Of a DNA stretch of 64,000 nucleotides, positions 36,872 to 45,029 are shown piece by piece; position 1 is the first letter of the stretch, and each line of letters starts with the position of its first letter. A model generated the notes under the pieces. It worked only from the letters and a program-made list of their open reading frames with translations. It did no database searches and was not told where the DNA came from. Source of the stretch: an uncultured Bacteroidales bacterium. GTDB taxonomy: Bacteria > Bacteroidota > Bacteroidia > Bacteroidales > VadinHA17. The DNA lies in NCBI GenBank assembly GCA_963840965.1, contig CAWJAW010000003.1, forward strand, positions 269,714-333,713, written 5' to 3'. A program made the position numbers and the translations under genes.

Positions 36872-37672
36872 ATGAAAAAAGTAAATTTATCCTTTAACTG
36901 GCTGGTCTTAGCTGTAATTTTAGTCTTTTCGTTTTCTGCGACTTCATTCGCTGCCCCTCCGGAAAAACAGATGTTCTATGAACTTAAAATCTACCGTCTG
37001 ACCGATCCGGGAAAGAATGCCGTGTTCGACAGATATCTTAAAGATGCCTATATTCCTGCAATGCACAGGGCAGGTATCCCAACGGTAGGCGTCTTCAAAC
37101 CGATTGAAACGGATACTGCTTTCGGGAAAATGGTTTATGTATTCGTTCCTTATAAAACCATCGAACAGTTCGACCAGGTTTTTACAAAACTTGAAGGCGA
37201 TGCTGTTTACAAAGAGGCCGGAAAGGAGTTTCTTGATGCACCTTATAACGACCCGCCGTTCTCAAGGTATGAAAGTATATTAATGAAAGCCTTCGCATTT
37301 ATGCCGGAATTCAGACCGCCTTCATTTTCAACGCCAAAGTCGGAAAGAATTTATGAGCTCAGGAGCTATGGTAGCTGGACTGAGGAAAAAGCGACTAAGA
37401 AGATCCATATGTTCAATGAAGGCGGAGAAATGGCGGTGTTCGAAGAGGTAGGTTCAAAAGCTGCTTTCTACGGGCAGGTTGTTATAGGAAGCCAGAGGCC
37501 ACGTCTTATGTATATGACGACATATGAGAATATGCAGTCGCAGAAAGATCATTGGGCAGCCTTTTCAAAGCACCCGGCCTGGCAGGCTATGAGAGTGAAA
37601 GAGGAATATGCAAACACGGTAATCAAAGCTCTTCCATACCTTCTTCATCCGACTGACTATTCTGATTTTTAA
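36872..37672 (+). CDS. NIPSNAP family protein (two domains), secreted
   Basis: Two repeats start FYELKIYRL and IYELRSYGS. Has a signal peptide. Confidence 0.65.
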   Translation: MKKVNLSFNWLVLAVILVFSFSATSFAAPPEKQMFYELKIYRLTDPGKNAVFDRYLKDAYIPAMHRAGIPTVGVFKPIETDTAFGKMVYVFVPYKTIEQFDQVFTKLEGDAVYKEAGKEFLDAPYNDPPFSRYESILMKAFAFMPEFRPPSFSTPKSERIYELRSYGSWTEEKATKKIHMFNEGGEMAVFEEVGSKAAFYGQVVIGSQRPRLMYMTTYENMQSQKDHWAAFSKHPAWQAMRVKEEYANTVIKALPYLLHPTDYSDF

Positions 37673-37693
37673 CAGATTACTAAAATAAAAGAG

Positions 37694-37737
37694 AGTGACC
37701 GGATGCTGCAGTTATTAAGTGCAGTATGCCGGTCACT
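37694..37737. terminator. long imperfect hairpin between the convergent NIPSNAP gene and trpB2
   Basis: AGTGACCGG...CCGGTCACT with an inner CTGCA/TGCAG stem. A T-rich tail (CTCTCTTTTATTTT) follows on the minus strand. Confidence 0.5.
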
Positions 37738-37774
37738 CCTGTTCTATTCATATTTATTCTAACCTCTCAATATA

Positions 37775-39136
37775 TCAGTCAGGGAAATTGATCTTTGAGA
37801 GAGCCTGCTCAACCTCTTCATCGGTAAGTTCATGGTCGGGAAGGTTGTTTTCGTAGTATTTCTGATAAGCGGTAATATCAAAATGTCCGTGTCCGCTGAG
37901 GTTGAATAAAATTGTCCTGGGTGTGCCTTCAATATCAGCTTGACGGGCTTCATCAAGCGCTCCTGCGATGGCATATGAAGATTCAGGAGCGGGAAGGATA
38001 CCCTCGGTTTTCGCAAACAGAATGGCACCTTCAAAGCATTCCCTCTGCATTTTGGCCTTTGCCTCGACCAGACCGTCTTTTTTAAGCTGGCTTACCAGCA
38101 CTCCGGCACCATGATAACGTAATCCGCCGGCATGGATCTTTTCAGGGATGTAGTTGTGCCCCAGGGTGTACATGGGGAGCAGCGGAGTAAATCCGGCTGA
38201 GTCCCCGAAATCGTACATGAATTTACCCTTTGTCAGTTTCGGACACGATGAGGGTTCAATTGCGAGAAGACGCGTCTTTTTACCGTTTGTAAGGTTTTCC
38301 CTGAGGAACGGGAAAGCAATTCCGGAGAAGTTGGATCCGCCTCCGAAACAGCCTATAACAACATCGGGATAATCATCGGTTTTTGACATCTGGATCAACG
38401 CTTCCTGGCCGATAATGGTCTGATGCAGTATCACATGGTTCAGAACACTTCCAAGCGAATATTTTGTGTATGGATCCTGTACCGCTATCTCCATTGCTTC
38501 GGAAATGGCAATCCCAAGACTTCCCGGCGAATCAGGATACATTTCGAGTACCTTTCTTCCTGCTTCTGTCAGGTTACTTGGCGAAGGAACTACCTTGGCG
38601 TTGTAAGAATTCATCATGACCTTGCGGCCTGGTTTCTGGTCAAAACTTACCCTTACCATGAATACAAGGAGCTCAAGGCCGAAGTAGTTGCACGCATAGC
38701 TCATGGCGCATCCCCACTGACCGGCTCCTGTTTCCGTGGTGATCCTCTTGATGCCTTCTTTTTTATTATAATATGCCTGGGCAATCGCAGTGTTTGCCTT
38801 GTGTGAACCCGAATAGTTGCCCCCTTCGTATTTATAGTAGATCTTGCTCCTGGTACCCAGGGCCTTTTCCAGGTTATAAGCCCGAAAGACTGGAGAAGGG
38901 CGGTAAGTCTTGTAAAGATCCAGAACTTCATCAGGGATGTCAATGTACCTTTCGGTTGACACTTCCTGTTTGATAAGCTCCATAGGGAAAACAGCAGCCA
39001 GGGCATCGGGACCGATTGGCTGGCGGGTCTTCGGATCAAGCGGTGGCAATGGTTTGTTCGGCATGTCAGCCGCTATGTTGTACCATTGACGCGGCATTTC
39101 TTCATCGGTTAGCAGGATTCTCGAATTTTTTTTCAT
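37775..39136 (-). CDS. trpB2: TrpB2-type tryptophan synthase beta-like PLP enzyme
   Basis: 453 aa. It has the N-terminal extension and GSHKANT lysine motif, and GGGSNF, typical of the TrpB2 clade. No trpA or other trp genes are in the window. Confidence 0.8.
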   Translation of the reverse strand: MKKNSRILLTDEEMPRQWYNIAADMPNKPLPPLDPKTRQPIGPDALAAVFPMELIKQEVSTERYIDIPDEVLDLYKTYRPSPVFRAYNLEKALGTRSKIYYKYEGGNYSGSHKANTAIAQAYYNKKEGIKRITTETGAGQWGCAMSYACNYFGLELLVFMVRVSFDQKPGRKVMMNSYNAKVVPSPSNLTEAGRKVLEMYPDSPGSLGIAISEAMEIAVQDPYTKYSLGSVLNHVILHQTIIGQEALIQMSKTDDYPDVVIGCFGGGSNFSGIAFPFLRENLTNGKKTRLLAIEPSSCPKLTKGKFMYDFGDSAGFTPLLPMYTLGHNYIPEKIHAGGLRYHGAGVLVSQLKKDGLVEAKAKMQRECFEGAILFAKTEGILPAPESSYAIAGALDEARQADIEGTPRTILFNLSGHGHFDITAYQKYYENNLPDHELTDEEVEQALSKINFPD

Positions 39137-39170
39137 CGGTTCAAAATATTAAGTGGTTATTAAATTCTTC

Positions 39171-39207
39171 AAACAAAAAAGGCATGCTGTGAACAGCATG
39201 CCTTTTT
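39171..39207 (-). terminator. intrinsic terminator / candidate Trp attenuator
   Basis: Minus strand reads AAAAAGGCATGCTG-ttca-CAGCATGCCTTTTTTGTTTG. The T-run ends 34 nt before the trpB2 ATG. Confidence 0.7.
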
Positions 39208-39247
39208 GTTTATATCCTATGGATTATATAACGGCCTTATTCACAGC

Positions 39248-39298
39248 TTAATTATTCGAGCTGCGCCAGGACCAAATATATAATGCACTAATTTTCAT
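39248..39298 (-). CDS. putative Trp leader peptide MKISALYIWSWRSSNN
   Basis: Hand-translated 16-codon ORF with two TGG codons (W9, W11) followed by RSS. It lies between aroA and the hairpin and is below the ORF-track size cut-off. Confidence 0.6.
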   Translation of the reverse strand: MKISALYIWSWRSSNN

Positions 39299-39303
39299 GG
39301 CAT

Positions 39304-39311
39304 CAAAAATA
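39304..39311 (-). promoter_or_regulatory. TATTTTTG, a candidate Bacteroidota -7 box
   Basis: Matches TAnnTTTG. It lies only 5 nt upstream of the leader ATG, which would imply a near-leaderless transcript. Confidence 0.3.
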
Positions 39312-39488
39312 AACAATAATTTAATTCTGCAATAAAAATGCATATAAAAATTATGATTTGTTATTATTTACCCTCCCTGGCTTATTGATTGTCACAGTCA
39401 TGCAATGTTAAAATTATTATCGTTTCAGGTAAAGTTTTTATCGACTAAGGTATTGTGGCTTATTGTTTTACGATAAAAATTCGTATGA

Positions 39489-40739
39489 TTATTCATGTAT
39501 CACAGCTCCGGCTTTCCTGAGATCATCAAAGAATAAAGGATAGGATTTTCCCACACAATGCGAGTCCTTGATATGCACTGTTCCTGAGGCTCCCAGAGCC
39601 GCCACTGCGGCAGCCATTGCAATTCGATGGTCCTCATGCGATTCGACTCTTGCTCCCTTGACTTTGCCTCCCGTGACGACCAGACTGTCGTCAATGGCTT
39701 CTACCCTGATCCCCATTTTTTCAAATTCGCTGATGAGGGCGGCAGCTCTGTCGCTTTCCTTATGAATAAGCCTCGACGCTCCCCTTATAGTGGATACTCC
39801 CTTACAATACGCTGCCAGGGTTACAAGGGGGGGAAAGAGGTCAGGCGCTTCAGTGGCATCAAACTCAAATGCTCTCAGATCTGATTTTGATATTTCTACA
39901 GTATCGCCTGCTATTTTCATGACTGCCCAAGCATCCCGGAGGACATTTAACACAGCAGCATCGCTCTGATAACTGCCGGTCCGCAGACCAGTTACTTTAA
40001 TATTTCCATTTATGGCTCCGGCAATGAGCAGGAATGCACCTCCGCTCCAGTCGCTTTCTACCTCCCAGGTGCGGGCAACATATTTCTGCCGGCCTGGAAT
40101 CCTGAAAAGTTCGTAGTTTTCATTTGAAACCTCTATACCGAAGTCCCTCAGTACCTCAAGTGTCATATCGATATAGGGTTTGCTTCTGAGATTTCTTACC
40201 CTGACAAGTGAGTCTTTTTCTGCAACCGGCAGTGACATAAGCAGCCCGGTAAGCAACTGGGAGCTAATTGAGCCGTCAATATCACATTCTCCGCCCCTGA
40301 GCGGACCTCTGATTGTTAAGGGAAGCAGACCATCTGTGGTGGTACATTCCACTCCAAACTGTCTCAAAGCTTCCTCTATCATGGTCATCGGCCTTCTTTT
40401 TAGTGATCCGGCCCCTGTTACCGTTGTTTCAGCATCAAAAAGGGAGGCTACGGGAGAAAACAGTCTGATGGCCAGCCCCGATTCCCCGCAGTTAAGCTTC
40501 GTTTCCTTCAACTCTCTCGTTCCTGTAATCTTCATCGAGTCTGGTCCTGGTTCCACTCTCGAGCCAAGACTTACCGCGATACTCATTGCGGCAAGTGAAT
40601 CATCGCAGTATGAAGGATTAATAATGAGGCTTTCACCTTCTGCCAGAAGGGCAGCAGCAATTGCCCTCTGTGTCATACTTTTTGATGGCGGAGCTTTGAC
40701 TTCGCCTGTTAAAAAAGAGGGCTCTACGGATCTTTCCAT
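39489..40739 (-). CDS. aroA: 3-phosphoshikimate 1-carboxyvinyltransferase (EPSP synthase)
   Basis: 416 aa with PPSKSMTQRA, LNCGESGLAIR and HEDHRIAMA motifs. Confidence 0.9.
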   Translation of the reverse strand: MERSVEPSFLTGEVKAPPSKSMTQRAIAAALLAEGESLIINPSYCDDSLAAMSIAVSLGSRVEPGPDSMKITGTRELKETKLNCGESGLAIRLFSPVASLFDAETTVTGAGSLKRRPMTMIEEALRQFGVECTTTDGLLPLTIRGPLRGGECDIDGSISSQLLTGLLMSLPVAEKDSLVRVRNLRSKPYIDMTLEVLRDFGIEVSNENYELFRIPGRQKYVARTWEVESDWSGGAFLLIAGAINGNIKVTGLRTGSYQSDAAVLNVLRDAWAVMKIAGDTVEISKSDLRAFEFDATEAPDLFPPLVTLAAYCKGVSTIRGASRLIHKESDRAAALISEFEKMGIRVEAIDDSLVVTGGKVKGARVESHEDHRIAMAAAVAALGASGTVHIKDSHCVGKSYPLFFDDLRKAGAVIHE

Positions 40740-40753
40740 GAAAAAGAGGTTTC

Positions 40754-41869
40754 TTAGGTGTTTTCGGCCGGTGTTTCAATCCCGTTATTCATGATCCTCA
40801 TCTGATGGTTAATCGACTCCTGATGAATGGCTTTGAAGATGGTGTCGATCAATTCCCCGCTCAGTCCCTTGACCTGGCCGTGGATCACCACTTTACGGAT
40901 AATCTCATCCCAGCGCGTTGGCTGCAAGATAGTAATATTATTATCCTTTTTATACTGTCCGATGGTTTCAGCTACCTTCATTCTCTTTTCAAGGATATCA
41001 AGAAGAGCATCATCGAAAACGTCTATTTGCTGCCGGAGTTCACCCAGTATGTCGAGCAGCTTCGGATCGGAGGCAACAGGACTCCTCAGAATCAGTCTGC
41101 TGAGAAGCTCCTTAAGCTCGCTCGGGGTGACCTGCTGGGCAGCATCGCTGAGGGCATGTTCGGGATCAATATGAGACTCAAGCATCAAACCGTCAAAGTT
41201 CAGGTCCATTGCTTTCTGGGAAAGCTCGAAGAGAAACTCCCTTGATCCTGATATATGGCTTGGGTCACAAATGATCGGAAGATCCGGGATCCTTCGGCGA
41301 AGTTCGATGGGCAGCTGCCAGTTCGGCTGGTTCCTGTAAATTGTCTTTTCATATGTTGAAAATCCACGGTGGATGGCTCCGATTTTTGTGATCCCTGCCC
41401 TGGCAATTCTTTCAATGGCACCTATCCATAATTCAAGATCAGGATTGATTGGGTTCTTTATCAGCACCATCACGTCGACACCCTTCAATGCATCAGAGAT
41501 TTCCTGGACGGTGAAGGGATTTACCGAGGTCCGGGCCCCTATCCAGAGAAGATCGACGCCATATTTCAGTGCCTCATAAACATGCTTCTCATTTGCAACC
41601 TCCGTCCCTACCAATAGTCCGGTCTCCTGCTTCACATTTCTTAGCCACTTGAGACCTTCCGAACCGACCCCTTCAAAAGAGTTTGGACGGGTTCTGGGTT
41701 TCCATATTCCCGCACGGAACACGCTCACTTCAGGTAAAAGTGCTAGCTCGGCTGCAGTTGCCATAACCTGTTCCTCGCTTTCTGCGCTGCAGGGACCAGA
41801 GATCAGGAAAGGTCTTCCCTTATAACCTCTCCATTCATTTGCCAGAAATCTTTTCAGTTCAAGTACCAT
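40754..41869 (-). CDS. bifunctional DAHP synthase (class I-beta) / chorismate mutase type II
   Basis: N-terminal ISGPCSAESEEQ...FRAGIWKPRT (AroA(G)/KdsA-like). The C-terminal ~90 aa form a helical chorismate mutase domain (LRQQIDVFDDALLDILEKRM). Confidence 0.85.
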   Translation of the reverse strand: MVLELKRFLANEWRGYKGRPFLISGPCSAESEEQVMATAAELALLPEVSVFRAGIWKPRTRPNSFEGVGSEGLKWLRNVKQETGLLVGTEVANEKHVYEALKYGVDLLWIGARTSVNPFTVQEISDALKGVDVMVLIKNPINPDLELWIGAIERIARAGITKIGAIHRGFSTYEKTIYRNQPNWQLPIELRRRIPDLPIICDPSHISGSREFLFELSQKAMDLNFDGLMLESHIDPEHALSDAAQQVTPSELKELLSRLILRSPVASDPKLLDILGELRQQIDVFDDALLDILEKRMKVAETIGQYKKDNNITILQPTRWDEIIRKVVIHGQVKGLSGELIDTIFKAIHQESINHQMRIMNNGIETPAENT

Positions 41870-41880
41870 GATATCGTGTA

Positions 41881-42726
41881 TTAATGTAATATTCTCTTAA
41901 TCTTATTTGCCTCTTCCATTAGTCCTTTAAGACCTTCTTTGTCATTTTCGGCTATCAGTTTCCGGAACAGGTTCATCTTTTCTATATAATTGTCTATGAC
42001 CGCGATTACTGACCTGGAATTCTCGAGAAAGATAGGAGCCCACGTTTCGGCATTGCTTTTTGCAAGTCTGACGGTGCTGTCAAAACCTCCGCTGGCCAGG
42101 GTTGTTATGTTCTTCTCTTCTTTTTCCTTGTCGAGTACACTCAGGGCAAGAGAGAAAGATGTTATGTGGGAGATGTGTGAGACATAGGCAACATGGACGT
42201 CATGATCGCGTGAGTTCATATTGACCTTGTTCATGTTCAGGACATCGAGCATCTTTTCGGCCAGATCGAGGGCATCCTTATCGCTGAGTTCGCTGTCGCA
42301 GATAATGGCATTCTTGTAATCGAAAAGCTTTCCTATGGCTGCAAGCGGTCCCGAAAATTCGGTTCCGGCCATTGGATGAAGAGCTACATAACGGCCTCTG
42401 CCGGGATGATCCCTGACCACTCTGCCTATCTTGCCCTTTGTCGACCCCATGTCGGTAACCACTTTTGAGGTCCCATTTATCCTGTCAAGTACTCCCGGAA
42501 GCATCTTCCAGATGGTGTCGACAGGGGTGCTTATTATTATCAGGTCACTCCTGTCAACTGCATTTTCGAGTGAATCGGTTTCATCTACTAATCCGCACAA
42601 CTGAGCTATGTTCCTGTGCTGGACATTTGATTCAACACCTATTATCCTGTCTGCAAAGCCTCTTTTCCTGAGGTCAATCATCAGCGAACCCCCTATGAGC
42701 CCGATTCCTACTATTGCTATTGTCAT
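41881..42726 (-). CDS. tyrA: prephenate dehydrogenase
   Basis: N-terminal Rossmann motif IVGIGLIGGS, HPMAG motif, 281 aa. Confidence 0.85.
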   Translation of the reverse strand: MTIAIVGIGLIGGSLMIDLRKRGFADRIIGVESNVQHRNIAQLCGLVDETDSLENAVDRSDLIIISTPVDTIWKMLPGVLDRINGTSKVVTDMGSTKGKIGRVVRDHPGRGRYVALHPMAGTEFSGPLAAIGKLFDYKNAIICDSELSDKDALDLAEKMLDVLNMNKVNMNSRDHDVHVAYVSHISHITSFSLALSVLDKEKEEKNITTLASGGFDSTVRLAKSNAETWAPIFLENSRSVIAVIDNYIEKMNLFRKLIAENDKEGLKGLMEEANKIKRILH

Positions 42727-42728
42727 TT

Positions 42729-42787
42729 GGTGATTGGTGATTGGTGATTGGTGATTGGTGATTGGTTATTGGTGATTGGTGATTGGT
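42729..42787. repeat. heptamer array (GGTGATT)x8, which is (AATCACC)n on the mRNA strand
   Basis: Seven perfect units and one GGTTATT variant. The array ends 2 nt before the tyrA ATG. Confidence 0.9.
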
Positions 42788-42830
42788 TCGATCCGGATAA
42801 TTGAGCAGGCGAATGTAATTTTTTTGTTTT

Positions 42831-43994
42831 TTACAATTTCAACTTTTCTATTCTTTTCCTTGCTTCCAGCAGTCTTTTATTGTCAGCACACAAGGATATG
42901 CGTACATATCTTTCACCCCTGCTTCCAAAAATGAAACCGGGAGTGAGGAAGACATGCGCTTTCTGAAGTATATCCTCTACAAAAGATTCTGCGCCGGGCT
43001 TGGTTTCAGGTATACGGCCCCAGAGAAAGAGACCTGTCTGGTCAGAGCTGAATCTGCAATCCAGCTGCTCCATTATCGACTCGGCAGTCAGGCGCCTTTC
43101 CCTGTATGTAAGGTTGACCGTGTCGTACCATGATTCGGGATTGTGAAGGGCTTCTGCTGCTGCCAGCTGCATCGGGAGGAACATCCCCGAATCCATGTTG
43201 CTCTTTACCTTAAGAATCGTTTTTATGTATTCACTGTTACCGGCAACCATGCCAATTCTCCAGCCGGCCATATTGTGCGACTTGCTGAGGGAATTCAGTT
43301 CCAGCGCTGTTTCCATTGCTCCTTTTACTGAAAGAAGGCTGATGTATTCGTTGTTGAGTATAAAGCTGTACGGATTGTCGTTTATCAGAAGGATGTTACG
43401 CTCGAGGGCAAAAGAGACGAGTCTTTCGAAAAGACCTACTGATCCCTTTGCTCCGGTCGGCATATTCGGGTAGTTGGTCCACATGAGTTTTACCCTGCTC
43501 AGATCTTCTTTTTCAAGAGAGCCCATGTCGGGCTGCCAGCCCTTGCTTTCGTCGAGCGGATAGGTCCTGATCTTGCCACCCACCAAACTGGTAACCGAAG
43601 AATAGGTAGGGTATCCGGGATCGGGAATAAGCACCTCGTCGCCCGGGTTGACAAAAGCCATGCTTATGTGCATTATTCCTTCCTTGCTTCCCATGAGCGG
43701 GAGTATTTCCGAGACAGGATCAAGACTCACCCCGAAATATTTGTTGTACCATTCAGCGAAGGCTTTTCTCAGCACAGGACTTCCGCTGTAGCTCTGGTAT
43801 CCGTGCACATTTGATAAGCGTGCCTCTTCAGAGAGTCTTGCCACGGTATTTTCCGACGGTGGCTGGTCGGGACTTCCGATCCCCAGGTTGATAACATCAG
43901 CACCGGCAGTTCGCATCTCGTCGATCTGCCTCAGTTTCCTCGAAAAATAATACTCCTGGACGGTGTTGGTCCGTTCTGCCGGTTTAACTTTCAT
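42831..43994 (-). CDS. class I/II PLP-dependent aminotransferase (aromatic/prephenate aminotransferase candidate)
   Basis: SLSKSHNMAGWRIG lysine motif. The start was moved to MKVKPAERTN, overlapping the pheA stop by 11 nt. Confidence 0.75.
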   Translation of the reverse strand: MKVKPAERTNTVQEYYFSRKLRQIDEMRTAGADVINLGIGSPDQPPSENTVARLSEEARLSNVHGYQSYSGSPVLRKAFAEWYNKYFGVSLDPVSEILPLMGSKEGIMHISMAFVNPGDEVLIPDPGYPTYSSVTSLVGGKIRTYPLDESKGWQPDMGSLEKEDLSRVKLMWTNYPNMPTGAKGSVGLFERLVSFALERNILLINDNPYSFILNNEYISLLSVKGAMETALELNSLSKSHNMAGWRIGMVAGNSEYIKTILKVKSNMDSGMFLPMQLAAAEALHNPESWYDTVNLTYRERRLTAESIMEQLDCRFSSDQTGLFLWGRIPETKPGAESFVEDILQKAHVFLTPGFIFGSRGERYVRISLCADNKRLLEARKRIEKLKL

Positions 43995-44814
43995 ATAGCA
44001 TTTCTCCTTTGTTGTAAATTCCAAGTACTTCCAGATTGCTGGTATATTTCTCCAGGGTTGTAACTATAGCATCTGTTTCTGAATCAGCGGGCAGTTCGAG
44101 ATCGAGGTAGAACATATATTCCCAGTCACCGTTCAGTCGTGGTACCGACTGGATCTTTGACAGGTTGATGTTCATGTCCGCCAGTTTTACCAGGACCGAT
44201 GCAAGCGATCCGGGTTTGTGACCGGTTGCAAAGCAGATTGATACCTTGTTTCCCCTTGTGCTTCCCTTGTCTTCGCTGCCGATAACCAGGAACCTTGTGT
44301 AATTCTTCTTGAAAGTCTCGATTCCTTCGGCAATTATATCCAGTCCGTAAATTTCCGCTGCATTTCTGGATGCAATTGCCGCTATCTTTTTCAGCCGGTT
44401 TTCTGCAATTATCCTTGCGCTTGAAGCTGTGTCGTCTGTTTCAACCAGGGTTATTTCGGGGTATTGGTTCAGAAAGGTCATGCACTGGGCCAGGGCAATA
44501 GGGTGAGACCTGATCTGCCGGATATCCTTTATTGACTGTCCGGGGAGAGCCATCAGGTTCTGAATGATCCTCAGGTTGTGTTCGCCCAGGATCTTGAGTC
44601 CCGATTCTCTTATCAGGCTGTAGTTATAGAGGAGGCTTCCCGACCTGGCATTTTCGATTGCCATCATTGCAAGGTCTGCTCTTCTTTCCTTTACGGAATT
44701 AAGGGTCATGTCAAAAGAGGAGCACGGAACGATTTCAACTTCCTTACTGCTGAAATACTGCCTGGCGGCAACTTCATGGAAACATCCCGTTTCTCCCTGG
44801 ATAGCAATCTTCAT
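43984..44814 (-). CDS. pheA: prephenate dehydratase (PDT plus ACT domains)
   Basis: Starts MKIAIQGETGCFHE and has a C-terminal ACT domain (GSLASVL). The track ORF adds 47 codons from a TTG that reads through the upstream hairpin, so I trimmed it. Confidence 0.85.
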   Translation of the reverse strand: MKIAIQGETGCFHEVAARQYFSSKEVEIVPCSSFDMTLNSVKERRADLAMMAIENARSGSLLYNYSLIRESGLKILGEHNLRIIQNLMALPGQSIKDIRQIRSHPIALAQCMTFLNQYPEITLVETDDTASSARIIAENRLKKIAAIASRNAAEIYGLDIIAEGIETFKKNYTRFLVIGSEDKGSTRGNKVSICFATGHKPGSLASVLVKLADMNINLSKIQSVPRLNGDWEYMFYLDLELPADSETDAIVTTLEKYTSNLEVLGIYNKGEMLYES

Positions 44815-44835
44815 ATTAAATCTTTTTAAAACAGG

Positions 44836-44858
44836 AAGGGTCCCTTGTGGGGACCCTT
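44836..44858 (-). terminator. hairpin upstream of pheA (candidate attenuator terminator or initiation-region structure)
   Basis: Minus strand reads AAGGGTCCC-cacaa-GGGACCCTT then CCTGTTTTAAAAAG. The stem is 9 bp, the U-run is only 4 nt, and it ends 21 nt before the pheA ATG. Confidence 0.45.
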
Positions 44859-44896
44859 GCTTGCATATGTTGTTTTTTATGTATACAAAAATCCCC

Positions 44897-44962
44897 TTAT
44901 CTCTTTTTAAAATAAAAAAAGAAGTAAAAATAAGAGGTGATATAATTGTATACAATATTCAT
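44897..44962 (-). CDS. putative Phe/Tyr leader peptide MNIVYNYITSYFYFFFYFKKR
   Basis: Hand-translated 21-codon ORF with 5 Phe and 5 Tyr codons. Residues 11-18 are YFYFFFYF. The stop lies 38 nt before the hairpin. Confidence 0.6.
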   Translation of the reverse strand: MNIVYNYITSYFYFFFYFKKR

Positions 44963-44982
44963 TTTTTCGTTTTATTGGCTTA

Positions 44983-44990
44983 CAAAATTA
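44983..44990 (-). promoter_or_regulatory. TAATTTTG, a candidate -7 box for the aromatic operon leader
   Basis: Perfect TAnnTTTG, 20 nt upstream of the leader ATG. Confidence 0.4.
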
Positions 44991-45029
44991 ATACAGATTT
45001 TGAAATTGCAAGTAAAATATTAAGAAAAT

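Noticed and set aside
39351-39401. A second mini-ORF between aroA and the Trp leader (minus strand, MTVTINKPGRVNNNKS).
   Set aside because: It has no run of a regulatory codon and no associated hairpin. It lies where the promoter for the Trp leader is expected, so it is probably fortuitous in AT-rich sequence.
40180-40794. Long antisense ORFs opposite well-supported genes. Examples are 40180-40794 opposite aroA, 50867-51451 opposite hisD, 25714-26307 opposite GH5, 14002-14550 opposite the lipoprotein, 1892-2578 opposite HsdR_N/Nudix and 833-1399 opposite holA/amn.
   Set aside because: These are shadow ORFs with low-complexity, Ser/Pro/Arg-rich translations and no recognisable motifs. The opposite strand carries strongly recognisable proteins in each case.
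44815-44955. 47-codon N-terminal extension of pheA from a TTG start (MYTIISPLIFTSFFILKRDKG...).
   Set aside because: The PDT domain starts at MKIAIQGE. The extension reads through the promoter-proximal hairpin and overlaps the far more striking out-of-frame Phe/Tyr mini-ORF. Similar track extensions were trimmed for the response regulator (10038), GH105 (22715), hisB (49119), the cimA-like gene (55425) and the Nudix gene (2316).
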